Below are positions 29,860 through 39,496 of a stretch of 64,000 nt of DNA, one piece after another (positions within the stretch are counted from its first letter, which is position 1; every line of letters starts with the position of its first letter). A program made the translations under genes and the position numbers. The stretch lies in contig CAYMHE010000002.1 of NCBI GenBank assembly GCA_964390175.1, forward strand, positions 13,930 to 77,929, given 5' to 3'. The notes below the pieces were generated by a model, which saw only the letters and a program-made list of their open reading frames with translations, made no database searches and had not been told where the DNA came from. The stretch is from an uncultured Paludibacter sp. Its GTDB lineage: Bacteria; Bacteroidota; Bacteroidia; Bacteroidales; Paludibacteraceae.

Positions 29860-31728
29860 ATGGAAAACAAACAAACAAAGAAGAGCTCACCCTGGGCATG
29901 GATACCTACCCTCTATTTTGCAGAAGGCTTACCCTATGTAGTGGCCATGACGGTAGCAGTAATTATGTACAAACGTCTCGGCATTTCGAACACCGATATT
30001 GCCCTTTACACAAGTTGGCTGTATTTGCCATGGGTTATTAAACCTTTCTGGAGTCCGTTTGTGGATTTGATAAAAACAAAACGCTGGTGGATTGTCAGTA
30101 TGCAAATGCTGATCGGCGCCGGTCTGGCCGGAGTGGCATTCCTCATCCCTATGCCCTTCTTCTTTCAGGCTACACTGGCTGTGCTTTGGCTCATTGCCTT
30201 CAGTTCGGCAACACACGATATCGCCGCCGATGGATTTTATATGTTGGCGCTCAATAGTTCACAGCAGTCTTTCTTTGTGGGCATCCGCAGCACCTTTTAT
30301 CGCCTGGCTATGATTTCGGGACAAGGCGTACTGATTATCATTGCCGGTAGCCTCGAAAGCTGGACAGGACTTGAACCCATGCAATTTACGGTCCAATCGT
30401 CCAATACGGCACAAACAGAAATAATACTGCCGTCACCAAATACAAACATTGCCCCTACCGACGAAATGACTTTTATTGCATTTCCCGAAAACCTTGTTCT
30501 GAACACAAACAACATCAGTGTCGATTCTTTGAATAAAATCAGGACTTTTGCTTCGGAACAAAATCAGGTAAATGGCTTTGTTGCTATCGAAAAGACAGCT
30601 GCTGAAATTAAAAAAGACGATGCTTCATGGTGGACACACAATGTTTCGGCACCTTTGGGTCATTTTATAAAAACAAATTTTGGCGAAAAAAGAGAGATCG
30701 TTTCGGGCAGTGATGGGAAAGTGGGAAATGCCGGCGTTGTAGCTGTTCGGCTGAGTAAAAAACCTGAACCCGGACAGGATGTGGTACTTAATTCAAGTTT
30801 TGGCAAAGGAGACAAGAGCATCTCTTTGCTCTCAGGCGAACGCGTAGTATTTAACGAAAGCAACTGGGACAAACCCGCTTATCTGGTTGTTCAGCTCGAT
30901 TATAAACTCAGAGACGAAGTAAAAAGCGAATTCAAAGGTATTTCGGGCAATATAAAGCTGGCCTGGAGCATCACCTTCTTTATTCTTGCCGGTATGTTTA
31001 TATTGTTCTTTGTTTACCACAGATTTGTACTTCCCCGCCCGACTTCCGACCATGCCACTGCCACCCATTCGGCAAGCGACATCTTGCGCGAATTCGGAGG
31101 AACTTTCAAATCGTTCTTCCAGAAACCGGGAGTAGGACTTGCCATTACCTTTATGCTTCTCTACCGTTTAGGCGAAGCCATGTTGGTAAAAATGGCATCG
31201 CCATTCCTGCTCGATGCCCGTGAAGTTGGAGGACTTGGACTTACAACAGGTCAGGTAGGGTTGGTATATGGAACTGTTGGTATCATTGCACTCACACTCG
31301 GAGGTATAGTAGGAGGTATTGCAGCATCGCACAAGGGACTTAAATTCTGGATATGGCCCATGGCTTTGTGTATTACATTACCACACTTGGCCTTCCTTTA
31401 TTTATCGTGGTTTCTACCCGAAAATTTATTCCTGATCAATGCAGCGGTGGCCTTCGAACAGTTCGGATATGGATTCGGATTTACAGCTTACATGCTATAT
31501 ATGATTTATTTTGCCGATGGAGAACACAAAACAGCGCACTATGCCATTTGTACCGGTTTTATGGCCATGGGCATGATGCTCCCGGGCATGATAGCCGGCT
31601 GGTTGCAGGATTTGCTGGGTTACAATCATTTCTTTATCTGGGTAATGATTTGTGCCATTCCTACACTAGCTGTTATACCATTTATGAAAATCGACAAAAA
31701 CTATGGTATAAAAAAGAAAGAAGCTTAA
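29860..31728 (+). CDS. ampG: AmpG-like MFS muropeptide permease with a large inserted soluble domain
   Basis: LYFAEGLP, LPWVIKPFWSPFVD, SATHDIAADG and LYRLGE motifs; ~190-aa hydrophilic insert. Confidence 0.85.
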   Translation: MENKQTKKSSPWAWIPTLYFAEGLPYVVAMTVAVIMYKRLGISNTDIALYTSWLYLPWVIKPFWSPFVDLIKTKRWWIVSMQMLIGAGLAGVAFLIPMPFFFQATLAVLWLIAFSSATHDIAADGFYMLALNSSQQSFFVGIRSTFYRLAMISGQGVLIIIAGSLESWTGLEPMQFTVQSSNTAQTEIILPSPNTNIAPTDEMTFIAFPENLVLNTNNISVDSLNKIRTFASEQNQVNGFVAIEKTAAEIKKDDASWWTHNVSAPLGHFIKTNFGEKREIVSGSDGKVGNAGVVAVRLSKKPEPGQDVVLNSSFGKGDKSISLLSGERVVFNESNWDKPAYLVVQLDYKLRDEVKSEFKGISGNIKLAWSITFFILAGMFILFFVYHRFVLPRPTSDHATATHSASDILREFGGTFKSFFQKPGVGLAITFMLLYRLGEAMLVKMASPFLLDAREVGGLGLTTGQVGLVYGTVGIIALTLGGIVGGIAASHKGLKFWIWPMALCITLPHLAFLYLSWFLPENLFLINAAVAFEQFGYGFGFTAYMLYMIYFADGEHKTAHYAICTGFMAMGMMLPGMIAGWLQDLLGYNHFFIWVMICAIPTLAVIPFMKIDKNYGIKKKEA

Positions 31729-31734
31729 GAAGCT

Positions 31735-31961
31735 AATGTGCCAATAAGTCAATGTGCCAATGTGCCAATGAGAGAAATGTTGGAATGTAAAAACAAAAAT
31801 TTGAAAACTCTTCTGTAAAATCGATTCAGAACAAAAAATATCTCATTTTGCGAAATCAAAAATAAGATATAAAATTCTATCGCATTGTTTTCTTATTCGT
31901 TTTTCGTTTCAATGACTCATTGGCACATTGGCTCATTAGTATATTGGCACATTGACTTATT
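31735..31961. repeat. Inverted-repeat element built from AATGTGCC 8-mers
   Basis: Perfect 19-bp IR 31743-31761/31943-31961 and perfect 16-bp IR 31757-31772/31916-31931. Confidence 0.85.
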
Positions 31962-32065
31962 TTCTTTACTTTTGCACACAATAATTCTGTTCAATATAAC
32001 ATTTAATAATTTGTCCCGACTGAAAGTCTCCCTTACATGGTTGACTTTGGGGACTGGAGTTTTAT

Positions 32066-32839
32066 ATGAAGATATTAGTTCTTGGTGCCGGGAAAATGGG
32101 CACATTTCTGACCGATGTATTGTGTATTCAACACGAAGTTGCACTTTTCGATACCGACCCTAAACGCCTGCGTTTTGTGTTCAACACCTTTCGAATGACT
32201 CAATACGAGGAAGTTCGGGAATTTGAACCGGAGTTGGTTATCAACTGCGTCACCCTTAAATATACAATCGATGCTTTTCAGACAATACTACCTTTTCTGC
32301 CAAAAAACTGTATCATTTCAGATATCGCTTCGGTAAAAACAGGATTACAAGCTTACTACGAAAGCACCGGTATGCGTTATGTTTCAACACATCCGATGTT
32401 TGGCCCTACCTTTGCCACGCTCGACAACCTGAGCACACAAAGCGCCATTATCATTTCTGAATCCGACCATATGGGAAAAGCTTTTTTCAAAGATTTGTAT
32501 GGTTCGCTGCACCTCCGTATTTTTGAATATACTTTCGACGAGCACGACGAAACAATCGCCTACTCGCTGTCTATTCCTTTTGCATCCACACTGGTTTTTG
32601 CTTCGGTAATGAAACATCAGGAAGCCCCGGGAACAACATTTAAACGCCACATGGACATTGCCAAAGGGCTGCTTTCGGAGGACGATTATTTATTGACAGA
32701 AATTCTGTTCAATCCCAATACCCCCAAACAAATCAACAATATCCGCGCTGAGCTAAAAAACCTGCTGGATATGATTGAAAACAAAGACACTGAAAAGATG
32801 CAGGCATTTCTGACGAAAGTGAGAAAAAACATAGAATAG
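32066..32839 (+). CDS. tyrA: Prephenate dehydrogenase
   Basis: GAGKMG Rossmann motif; DIASVK; HPMFGP; EHDE. Confidence 0.9.
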   Translation: MKILVLGAGKMGTFLTDVLCIQHEVALFDTDPKRLRFVFNTFRMTQYEEVREFEPELVINCVTLKYTIDAFQTILPFLPKNCIISDIASVKTGLQAYYESTGMRYVSTHPMFGPTFATLDNLSTQSAIIISESDHMGKAFFKDLYGSLHLRIFEYTFDEHDETIAYSLSIPFASTLVFASVMKHQEAPGTTFKRHMDIAKGLLSEDDYLLTEILFNPNTPKQINNIRAELKNLLDMIENKDTEKMQAFLTKVRKNIE

Positions 32840-32915
32840 ATTTACCTTTGATGGTATAAAGGAAGAAAAACAATAGATTTGCAATTCGTATTCATTTATT
32901 AAAAATTCGTATCAA

Positions 32916-33092
32916 ATGGAAACAAAAGAACAAGTATTGGACGCCATGAAAAAAGCAGGCGCACCCGTCAACGCAGGAAAACTCGTTGAGTTAACAGGCC
33001 TTGATCGCAAGGAAGTTGACAAAGCCATGAAAGCATTAAAAGCCGATGGCTCTATAGAATCTCCTAAAATGTGCTACTGGCAACCTAAATGA
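32916..33092 (+). CDS. Small (58 aa) winged-helix protein, not in the ORF track
   Basis: [58 protein letters not shown]. Confidence 0.8.
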   Translation: METKEQVLDAMKKAGAPVNAGKLVELTGLDRKEVDKAMKALKADGSIESPKMCYWQPK

Positions 33093-33319
33093 GAAATGTA
33101 ATTGTATCGTCCCGAAAAGTGTGTTTTTCGGGACGATGCTTTTATATCGGTTACCCGGACATTAATTGAATCACATTTTAAAGTAGCCGGAGTGGAATTG
33201 AAAAGCTTTCCGGATGATCTACACACAAAATCTATGTTTTTTTTCGGCATCAAAACTGCTTATATAATGCAACATACCCAACACGCACTTGTCAAAACAA
33301 AATATTTAAGCAATAAAAA

Positions 33320-33350
33320 TTTGTTTCGTAGTAAAAAAGCAGTATCTTTG
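33320..33350 (+). promoter_or_regulatory. Bacteroidetes promoter TTTG-N19-TATCTTTG for tRNA-fMet
   Basis: Consensus -33/-7 match 14 nt upstream of the tRNA. Confidence 0.7.
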
Positions 33351-33364
33351 CACTCACAAAATAT

Positions 33365-33436
<72 letters not shown>

Positions 33437-33442
33437 CTTAAT

Positions 33443-33475
33443 AAGGATTCATGATTTTCGTGAGTCCTTTTTTTT
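33443..33475 (+). terminator. Intrinsic terminator after tRNA-fMet
   Basis: AAGGATTCATGA-TTT-TCGTGAGTCCTT hairpin plus T tract. Confidence 0.75.
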
Positions 33476-33629
33476 GCTTAATATGCATAAAAAATTTGAA
33501 CTTATTTATTTTAATTCATTTGGAATACTGTTTCATTGAATTTTATGTTTATAATAAAAAAAATGCTATATTTGCACCTCGTTTGAAAAAATTGAAATAA
33601 TTAATGTTTTATCTTTAAATAAATTTTCC

Positions 33630-36600
33630 ATGCAAAACAAAGGACTTATCAGGATTTTTGCAGTAGCACTCACTTTGGTGTGTTTGTTTTACCTGTCCTT
33701 TACTGTTGTTACAAGTACCTACAATAAAAAAGCAGTTGACTACGCAGCAGGGGACAAAATGAAAGAGTTTCAGTACCTGGACTCTGTGGCCAACGAAAAC
33801 GTTTGGTTAGGTTACACTTTGAAAGAATGTCGCGAAAAAGAAATCAATCTAGGTCTCGACTTGAAGGGTGGTATGAACGTTACGCTCGAAGTATCGGTTC
33901 CGGACATTATCCGTTCGCTATCAGGGTATAACACTACTCCTAATTTCAACAAAGCACTCGCTACTGCATCTGAGAAACAAAAAACAAACAGTCAGGTTCA
34001 ATACCTTGATTTATTTGTTAAAGCGTACAAAGAATTAGATCCTAACGCTAAGCTGTCTACAGTTTTCAGCACTTTCGAATTAAAAGATAAGATTTCGTTG
34101 ACCACTTCAAACGAAGACGTGGTAAAAGTATTAAAAGAAGAAATTGATGGTGCTATCAGTAACTCGTTCAATGTGCTTCGTACACGTATCGACCGTTTCG
34201 GGGTTGTGCAGCCAAACATACAGCGCGACAACAACAACACAGGTCGTATTTTGATTGAACTACCGGGTATTAAAGAACCTGAACGTGTACGTAAATTACT
34301 TCAGGGATCGGCTAACCTCGAATTCTGGGAAACATACGAATTATCGGAAATTATCAATAACATATCGCAAGCCAATCAGGTGGTTGCTTCATTGACAAAC
34401 GCAAACACAGCACCGGCAGCAGTAGCCGACACTACAAAGGCTGCAACTACCGAAACCGCTGCTGCTCCTGCAAAACCAGCTTCGGGCGTCGACAGTTTGA
34501 AAGCAGCATTGGGCAAAAAAACAGATGCATCTGCCGATTCAACAAAAATGCAACAAGAGTGGGCCAAAGAAAACCCTTTGATCTCAATTCTTCAGTTAGC
34601 AATGAATGGCAATCAGGTGAGTCGTGGTCCGATCATTGGTATGGCACACAGCAAAGACACTGCTAAAATCAATGCTTATTTTGCAATGAAACAAGTGAGA
34701 GAAGTACTTCCGCGCGACTTAGGTTTACGCTGGACTGTAAAAGCACTTGACACAAACGGAGAGATATTCCAGTTAATTGCCATTAAAGTTACAAATCGTG
34801 ATGGTCGCGCACCTTTAGCCGGAAACGTGATTACCGATGCACGTGCAGATTTCAGTCAGACTTCAGCTTATGCCAATGTATCGATGACAATGAATGCCGA
34901 AGGAGCTAAAACCTGGGCACGTATGACCAAAGATAATATTGGAAAATCTATTGCTATTTCTCTGGATGGTTATATTTATTCATTCCCTACTGTAAATGGC
35001 GAAATTACAGGTGGTAGTTCTCAGATTACAGGTAACTTTACTGTAGAAGAAGCCAAGGATTTGGCTAACACTTTGAAATCGGGTAAAATGCCGGCACCTT
35101 GCCGCATTGTACAGGAAGATGTTGTAGGTCCTTCATTGGGTCAGGAAGCTATTAACAACGGTCTTTGGTCGTTTGTAATTGCCTTTATCTTCGTACTTAT
35201 TTACATGATGCTTTATTACGGTTTCATTCCGGGACTTATTGCCGATATTGCCTTATTCATTAACGTATTCTTCCTGATGGGTATTCTTGCTTCCTTCCAG
35301 GCGGTACTTACACTACCGGGTATTGCAGGTATTGTGCTTACACTGGGTATGGCCGTGGATGGTAACGTATTGATATACGAACGTGTGCGTGAAGAGCTTA
35401 TCAAAGGCAAAACGATGAAAAAAGCAATTCAGGATGGATTCAGCAACGCTATTTCAGCAATTATCGATGCCAACGTAACTACATTGATTGCAGGTATTGT
35501 ATTAGCTGTGTTTGGTTCAGGACCAATTTTGGGTTTTGCCACCACTTTAATTATTGGTATTATTACTTCGTTTGTAACTTCGGTTTTCTTAACCCGTTTG
35601 ATGCTGGAAATATATGCCAACAGAGAAAATGCAAAACAATTGCCATTTACAACCAAAGCTACTGAAGCCTGGTTCCAAAACACAAAGATCGACTTTATCG
35701 GTAAACGCAAAACATGGTATATCGTTTCATCTATTGTCATTGTAATTAGCTTAGGTTCATTAGCAACCAGAGGATTAAGTTTGGGAATTGACTTTAGTGG
35801 AGGACGTAACTATATCGTTCGTTTCGATCAACCAGTATCGACCGAAAATGTGCGTGATTTACTCGAAGGTCAATTCGAAGGTTCAAGTGCTTCGGTGATC
35901 AGCATTGGAAATGAAAATCAGGTACGTATATCGACAAAATATAAAATTGATGACAACTCTGAAAATGTTGGGGGCGAAATTGAAGGTAAATTATACACCG
36001 GCTTGAAATCTTTATTGAAAGCAGATGTAACACAGGAACAATTTGTTGAGAACAACATTAAGAGTTCTCAGAAAGTAGGTCCAACCATTGCCGACGATAT
36101 TAAAACGGGTGCTATCTGGGCTGTAATTGTTGCCTTGTTTGGTATTTCGTTATACATTCTGATCCGATTCAGCGATATAGCATTCTCCATTGGAGCTATG
36201 GCTTCTCTGTTCCACGATGTGATTATCATTTTGGGTGCTTACTCTTTGCTGTATAGTATAATGCCTTTCTCAATGGAAATGGACCAATCGTTTATTGCCG
36301 CCATTCTTACTTATGTAGGGTTCTCGGTGAACGATACGGTGGTTATCTTCGACCGTATCCGCGAAAACATAGGTCTTTATCCAAAACGAAGCAGAGAAGA
36401 TATCATGAACGAATCGCTGAACGAAACGCTTAGCCGTACCTTTAGTACTTCTGCCAGTGTATTGGTGGTAATGATTGCTATCTTTGTTTGGGGTGGTGAA
36501 ACTATCCGCGGATTTATCTTTGCACTGTTGATTGGTACAATTTTAGGAGTTTACTCTACGCTCTTCGTAGCAGTACCTATTGCTCATGATATTGTTTTGA

Positions 36601-36659
36601 AAAAGAAAAAGAAAAAAGAGTTGGCCTCAGCTAAAACTGCTGCCACAGAAAAAAAATAA
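33630..36659 (+). CDS. secDF: Protein translocase subunit SecDF (fused)
   Basis: LGLDLKGG, RIDRFGVVQP, VGPSLGQ, GIDFSGG and DTVVIFDRIRE motifs. Confidence 0.97.
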   Translation: MQNKGLIRIFAVALTLVCLFYLSFTVVTSTYNKKAVDYAAGDKMKEFQYLDSVANENVWLGYTLKECREKEINLGLDLKGGMNVTLEVSVPDIIRSLSGYNTTPNFNKALATASEKQKTNSQVQYLDLFVKAYKELDPNAKLSTVFSTFELKDKISLTTSNEDVVKVLKEEIDGAISNSFNVLRTRIDRFGVVQPNIQRDNNNTGRILIELPGIKEPERVRKLLQGSANLEFWETYELSEIINNISQANQVVASLTNANTAPAAVADTTKAATTETAAAPAKPASGVDSLKAALGKKTDASADSTKMQQEWAKENPLISILQLAMNGNQVSRGPIIGMAHSKDTAKINAYFAMKQVREVLPRDLGLRWTVKALDTNGEIFQLIAIKVTNRDGRAPLAGNVITDARADFSQTSAYANVSMTMNAEGAKTWARMTKDNIGKSIAISLDGYIYSFPTVNGEITGGSSQITGNFTVEEAKDLANTLKSGKMPAPCRIVQEDVVGPSLGQEAINNGLWSFVIAFIFVLIYMMLYYGFIPGLIADIALFINVFFLMGILASFQAVLTLPGIAGIVLTLGMAVDGNVLIYERVREELIKGKTMKKAIQDGFSNAISAIIDANVTTLIAGIVLAVFGSGPILGFATTLIIGIITSFVTSVFLTRLMLEIYANRENAKQLPFTTKATEAWFQNTKIDFIGKRKTWYIVSSIVIVISLGSLATRGLSLGIDFSGGRNYIVRFDQPVSTENVRDLLEGQFEGSSASVISIGNENQVRISTKYKIDDNSENVGGEIEGKLYTGLKSLLKADVTQEQFVENNIKSSQKVGPTIADDIKTGAIWAVIVALFGISLYILIRFSDIAFSIGAMASLFHDVIIILGAYSLLYSIMPFSMEMDQSFIAAILTYVGFSVNDTVVIFDRIRENIGLYPKRSREDIMNESLNETLSRTFSTSASVLVVMIAIFVWGGETIRGFIFALLIGTILGVYSTLFVAVPIAHDIVLKKKKKKELASAKTAATEKK

Positions 36660-36683
36660 TTTTTTATACGTTTTATAAAGCCC

Positions 36684-36730
36684 TCAAGAGCTTCGCTGAT
36701 CATTTCGGCGAAGCTCTTTTGTTTTGAGCG
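36684..36730 (+). terminator. secDF terminator; copy 1 of a 47-bp direct repeat
   Basis: AAGAGCTTCGCTGA-TCATT-TCGGCGAAGCTCTT hairpin plus T tract; identical to 39497-39543. Confidence 0.85.
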
Positions 36731-36839
36731 TAAATTTAATAATGATCGTAAGTTAATAAATGAATAATTTTGCAGATTCAAATAACTTTCATTAATTTGT
36801 ATCGAAAATCACGTTCTACATTTTTGATCATCCAGAAAT

Positions 36840-37001
36840 ATGTTTACCAAAAGACATTGCTTCCTAACCATTTTTCTTATCTGCTGCATCGTATTGCACG
36901 CTCAGGAGTTCACTCCAATTGTGAAACAGTTTGTAAAAAAAGATTATAATGCCGCTAATCAGAACTGGGCGGTAGGGCAGACTTCAGATGGGGTAATGTA
37001 A
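36840..37001 (+). pseudogene. Truncated N-terminus of a beta-propeller/Y_Y_Y-type PUL sensor-regulator
   Basis: 53 aa: signal peptide then EFTPIVKQFVKKDYNAANQNWAVGQTSDGVM*, which resembles the first propeller blade (NQNW..QD..G.MY) and stops abruptly. Confidence 0.65.
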
Positions 37002-37104
37002 AAAATAAAACGACTTGAAATCCTCATGATAAAAAATGAGAAGAAAATTTTTAAATAATTTCGCAATGTAGGAATTTCAATTGAAAACAAAAAAACATGT
37101 ACAG

Positions 37105-39468
37105 ATGAAAACAAAAATCTTATTATTAGCCATTAGTTGTTTATTTATCAGCAACATTCAGGCTCAGAAAAGCAAGATGAAAAACAATTCAAAGGCAGTT
37201 ACAGAGGAAATCAAACCCGAACTACCAAGAGGCAAATCACTCTATTTCAAAGCTGACACCAAAATGGATCATTTCATCGACGACCTTATGTTACGAATGA
37301 CTTTGGACGAAAAAATCGGACAACTGAATCTGCCTTCTTCGGGGGATTTTGTGACTGGGCAAGCAACAAATTCCGATATTGGGAAAAAAGTGGAAGAAGG
37401 AAAAGTGGGAGGATTATTCAACATAAAGGGGGTCGAAAAAATTCGAGACATACAAAGAGTGGCTGTTGAAAAAAGCCGGTTGAAAATACCAATGATCTTC
37501 GGCATGGACGTTATCCATGGGTATGAAACCAATTTTCCAATTCCATTGGGTCTTGCTTCTTCATGGGATATGAACCTGATCGAACAATCGGCACGTATTG
37601 CTGCTCAGGAGGCTACAGCAGATGGCATTTGCTGGACATTTTCACCTATGGTGGATATTTCCAGAGACCCGCGTTGGGGACGAGTAGCCGAAGGATCAGG
37701 CGAAGATACTTATCTTGGGTCGCAAATTGCAAAAGCAATGGTTTACGGCTATCAGGGCAAAAGCTTAGCCGACAACAACACCATGATGGCCTGCGTAAAA
37801 CACTATGCGCTATATGGCGCCTCCGAAGCCGGACGCGACTACAACACTGTTGACATGAGTAGGATCAGAATGTACAACGAATACTTTCCGCCCTACAAAG
37901 CTGCTGTCGATGCAGGCGTAGGCAGTGTAATGGCCTCATTCAATGAAGTTGATGGCATTCCGGCAACCGCCAACCGTTGGTTACAAACGGATGTACTCCG
38001 TAATCAGTGGGGTTTCGGTGGTTTTGTAGTGACTGATTATACCGGTATTAACGAAATGATTGATCATGGTCTCGGAAATCTTCAGGAGGTATCTGCTCAA
38101 GCTTTGAAAGCCGGCATCGATATGGATATGGTTGGCGAAGGATTTCTCACTACCCTGAAAAAATCATTGACCGAGGGTAAAATTACTTACGAACAAATTG
38201 ACATAGCTGTGCGTCGGGTTCTTGAAGCTAAATATCGTTTAGGTTTGTTCGAGAATCCTTATAAATATTGCGACTTGAATCGTGCCAAAGCTGAAATTTA
38301 CAGTCAACAGCATCGTACTATTGCCCGTAATATTTCGAGCCAGTCAATGGTGTTGATGAAAAATGAAAAGGGAGTCTTACCGCTGAAAAGCGCAGGAACT
38401 GTTGCTGTTATTGGTCCTTTGGCTGATAATGCAGAGAATATGCCCGGAACATGGAGCGTTGCAGCGAAACATGCTCAATCGATCTCTTTATTAAAAGGGC
38501 TCAAAGAAACAATGGGCGAAAAAGTTAATTTCGTATATGCCAAAGGAAGCAATATAGATTATGATGCGGAAATGGAAAAACGTGCCGCCGCATTTGGAAA
38601 AAACACCTATCGTGACGAAAGACCAGTAGAACAACTACTGACAGAAGCTGTGGAAACCGCAAAGAAAGCAGATGTGATTTTACTTGCCATTGGCGAAACA
38701 GCCGAAATGAGTGGCGAAAGTAGTTCCCGAACCAATATTAGCATACCTCAGGCGCAAAAAGACTTGTTGAAAGAATTAAAAAAAACAGGAAAACCGATTG
38801 TGCTTATTCTTTTTACAGGTCGGCCGTTGGTGCTAAACGAAGAAAATGAAATCGCCGTCGCTATACTCAATGTATGGTTCCCAGGCAGCGAAGCCGGTTA
38901 TGCCATTTCGGATGTGGTATTCGGAAAAGTAAATCCATCAGGCAAATTACCTATGACCTTTCCACGTAATGTGGGACAAATACCTCTTTTTTACAATCAC
39001 AAAAACACTGGTCGACCCGAAAATGCAACAGACAAATATGACAAATTCAGGTCGGTGTATATGGATTCACCTAACTCCGCCTTATTTCCGTTTGGCTACG
39101 GACTTAGTTACACCACTTTTGCATATAGCAACATTACCCTAAGCGCAACACAACTCGAGGGAATTAAAACATTAAAAGCCAGTATAACAATCACTAACAC
39201 AGGAAAATTTGATGGTGCCGAAATAGTTCAGCTTTATATTCGCGATGTAGTGGGAAGCAACACACGTCCGGTAAAAGAGCTGAAGGGCTTTCAGAAAATA
39301 CTGCTCAAAGCAAGTGAAAGCAAAACAGTGACATTCGATATAACTCCCGAAGATCTGAAATTCTACAACCATAATTTAACTTATGATTGGGAAGGCGGTG
39401 ATTTTGAAATCGGAATCGGAAGTAATTCTACAGACCTGAAAAAAGCCACGGTAAACTGGAGTAAGTAG
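37105..39468 (+). CDS. bglX: Periplasmic GH3 beta-glucosidase
   Basis: DVIHG, RDPRWGRVAEGSGED, KHY, VVTDY nucleophile, FPFGYGLSYTTF, C-terminal FN3-like domain. Confidence 0.93.
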   Translation: MKTKILLLAISCLFISNIQAQKSKMKNNSKAVTEEIKPELPRGKSLYFKADTKMDHFIDDLMLRMTLDEKIGQLNLPSSGDFVTGQATNSDIGKKVEEGKVGGLFNIKGVEKIRDIQRVAVEKSRLKIPMIFGMDVIHGYETNFPIPLGLASSWDMNLIEQSARIAAQEATADGICWTFSPMVDISRDPRWGRVAEGSGEDTYLGSQIAKAMVYGYQGKSLADNNTMMACVKHYALYGASEAGRDYNTVDMSRIRMYNEYFPPYKAAVDAGVGSVMASFNEVDGIPATANRWLQTDVLRNQWGFGGFVVTDYTGINEMIDHGLGNLQEVSAQALKAGIDMDMVGEGFLTTLKKSLTEGKITYEQIDIAVRRVLEAKYRLGLFENPYKYCDLNRAKAEIYSQQHRTIARNISSQSMVLMKNEKGVLPLKSAGTVAVIGPLADNAENMPGTWSVAAKHAQSISLLKGLKETMGEKVNFVYAKGSNIDYDAEMEKRAAAFGKNTYRDERPVEQLLTEAVETAKKADVILLAIGETAEMSGESSSRTNISIPQAQKDLLKELKKTGKPIVLILFTGRPLVLNEENEIAVAILNVWFPGSEAGYAISDVVFGKVNPSGKLPMTFPRNVGQIPLFYNHKNTGRPENATDKYDKFRSVYMDSPNSALFPFGYGLSYTTFAYSNITLSATQLEGIKTLKASITITNTGKFDGAEIVQLYIRDVVGSNTRPVKELKGFQKILLKASESKTVTFDITPEDLKFYNHNLTYDWEGGDFEIGIGSNSTDLKKATVNWSK

Positions 39469-39496
39469 TGGAAAGTGGCTGTAATAAAAAATAATT

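Noticed and set aside
31743..31961. Invertible promoter for tyrA
   Set aside because: The best -7 box (TACTTTTG, 31967-31974) lies outside the inverted repeats, and no invertase is adjacent.
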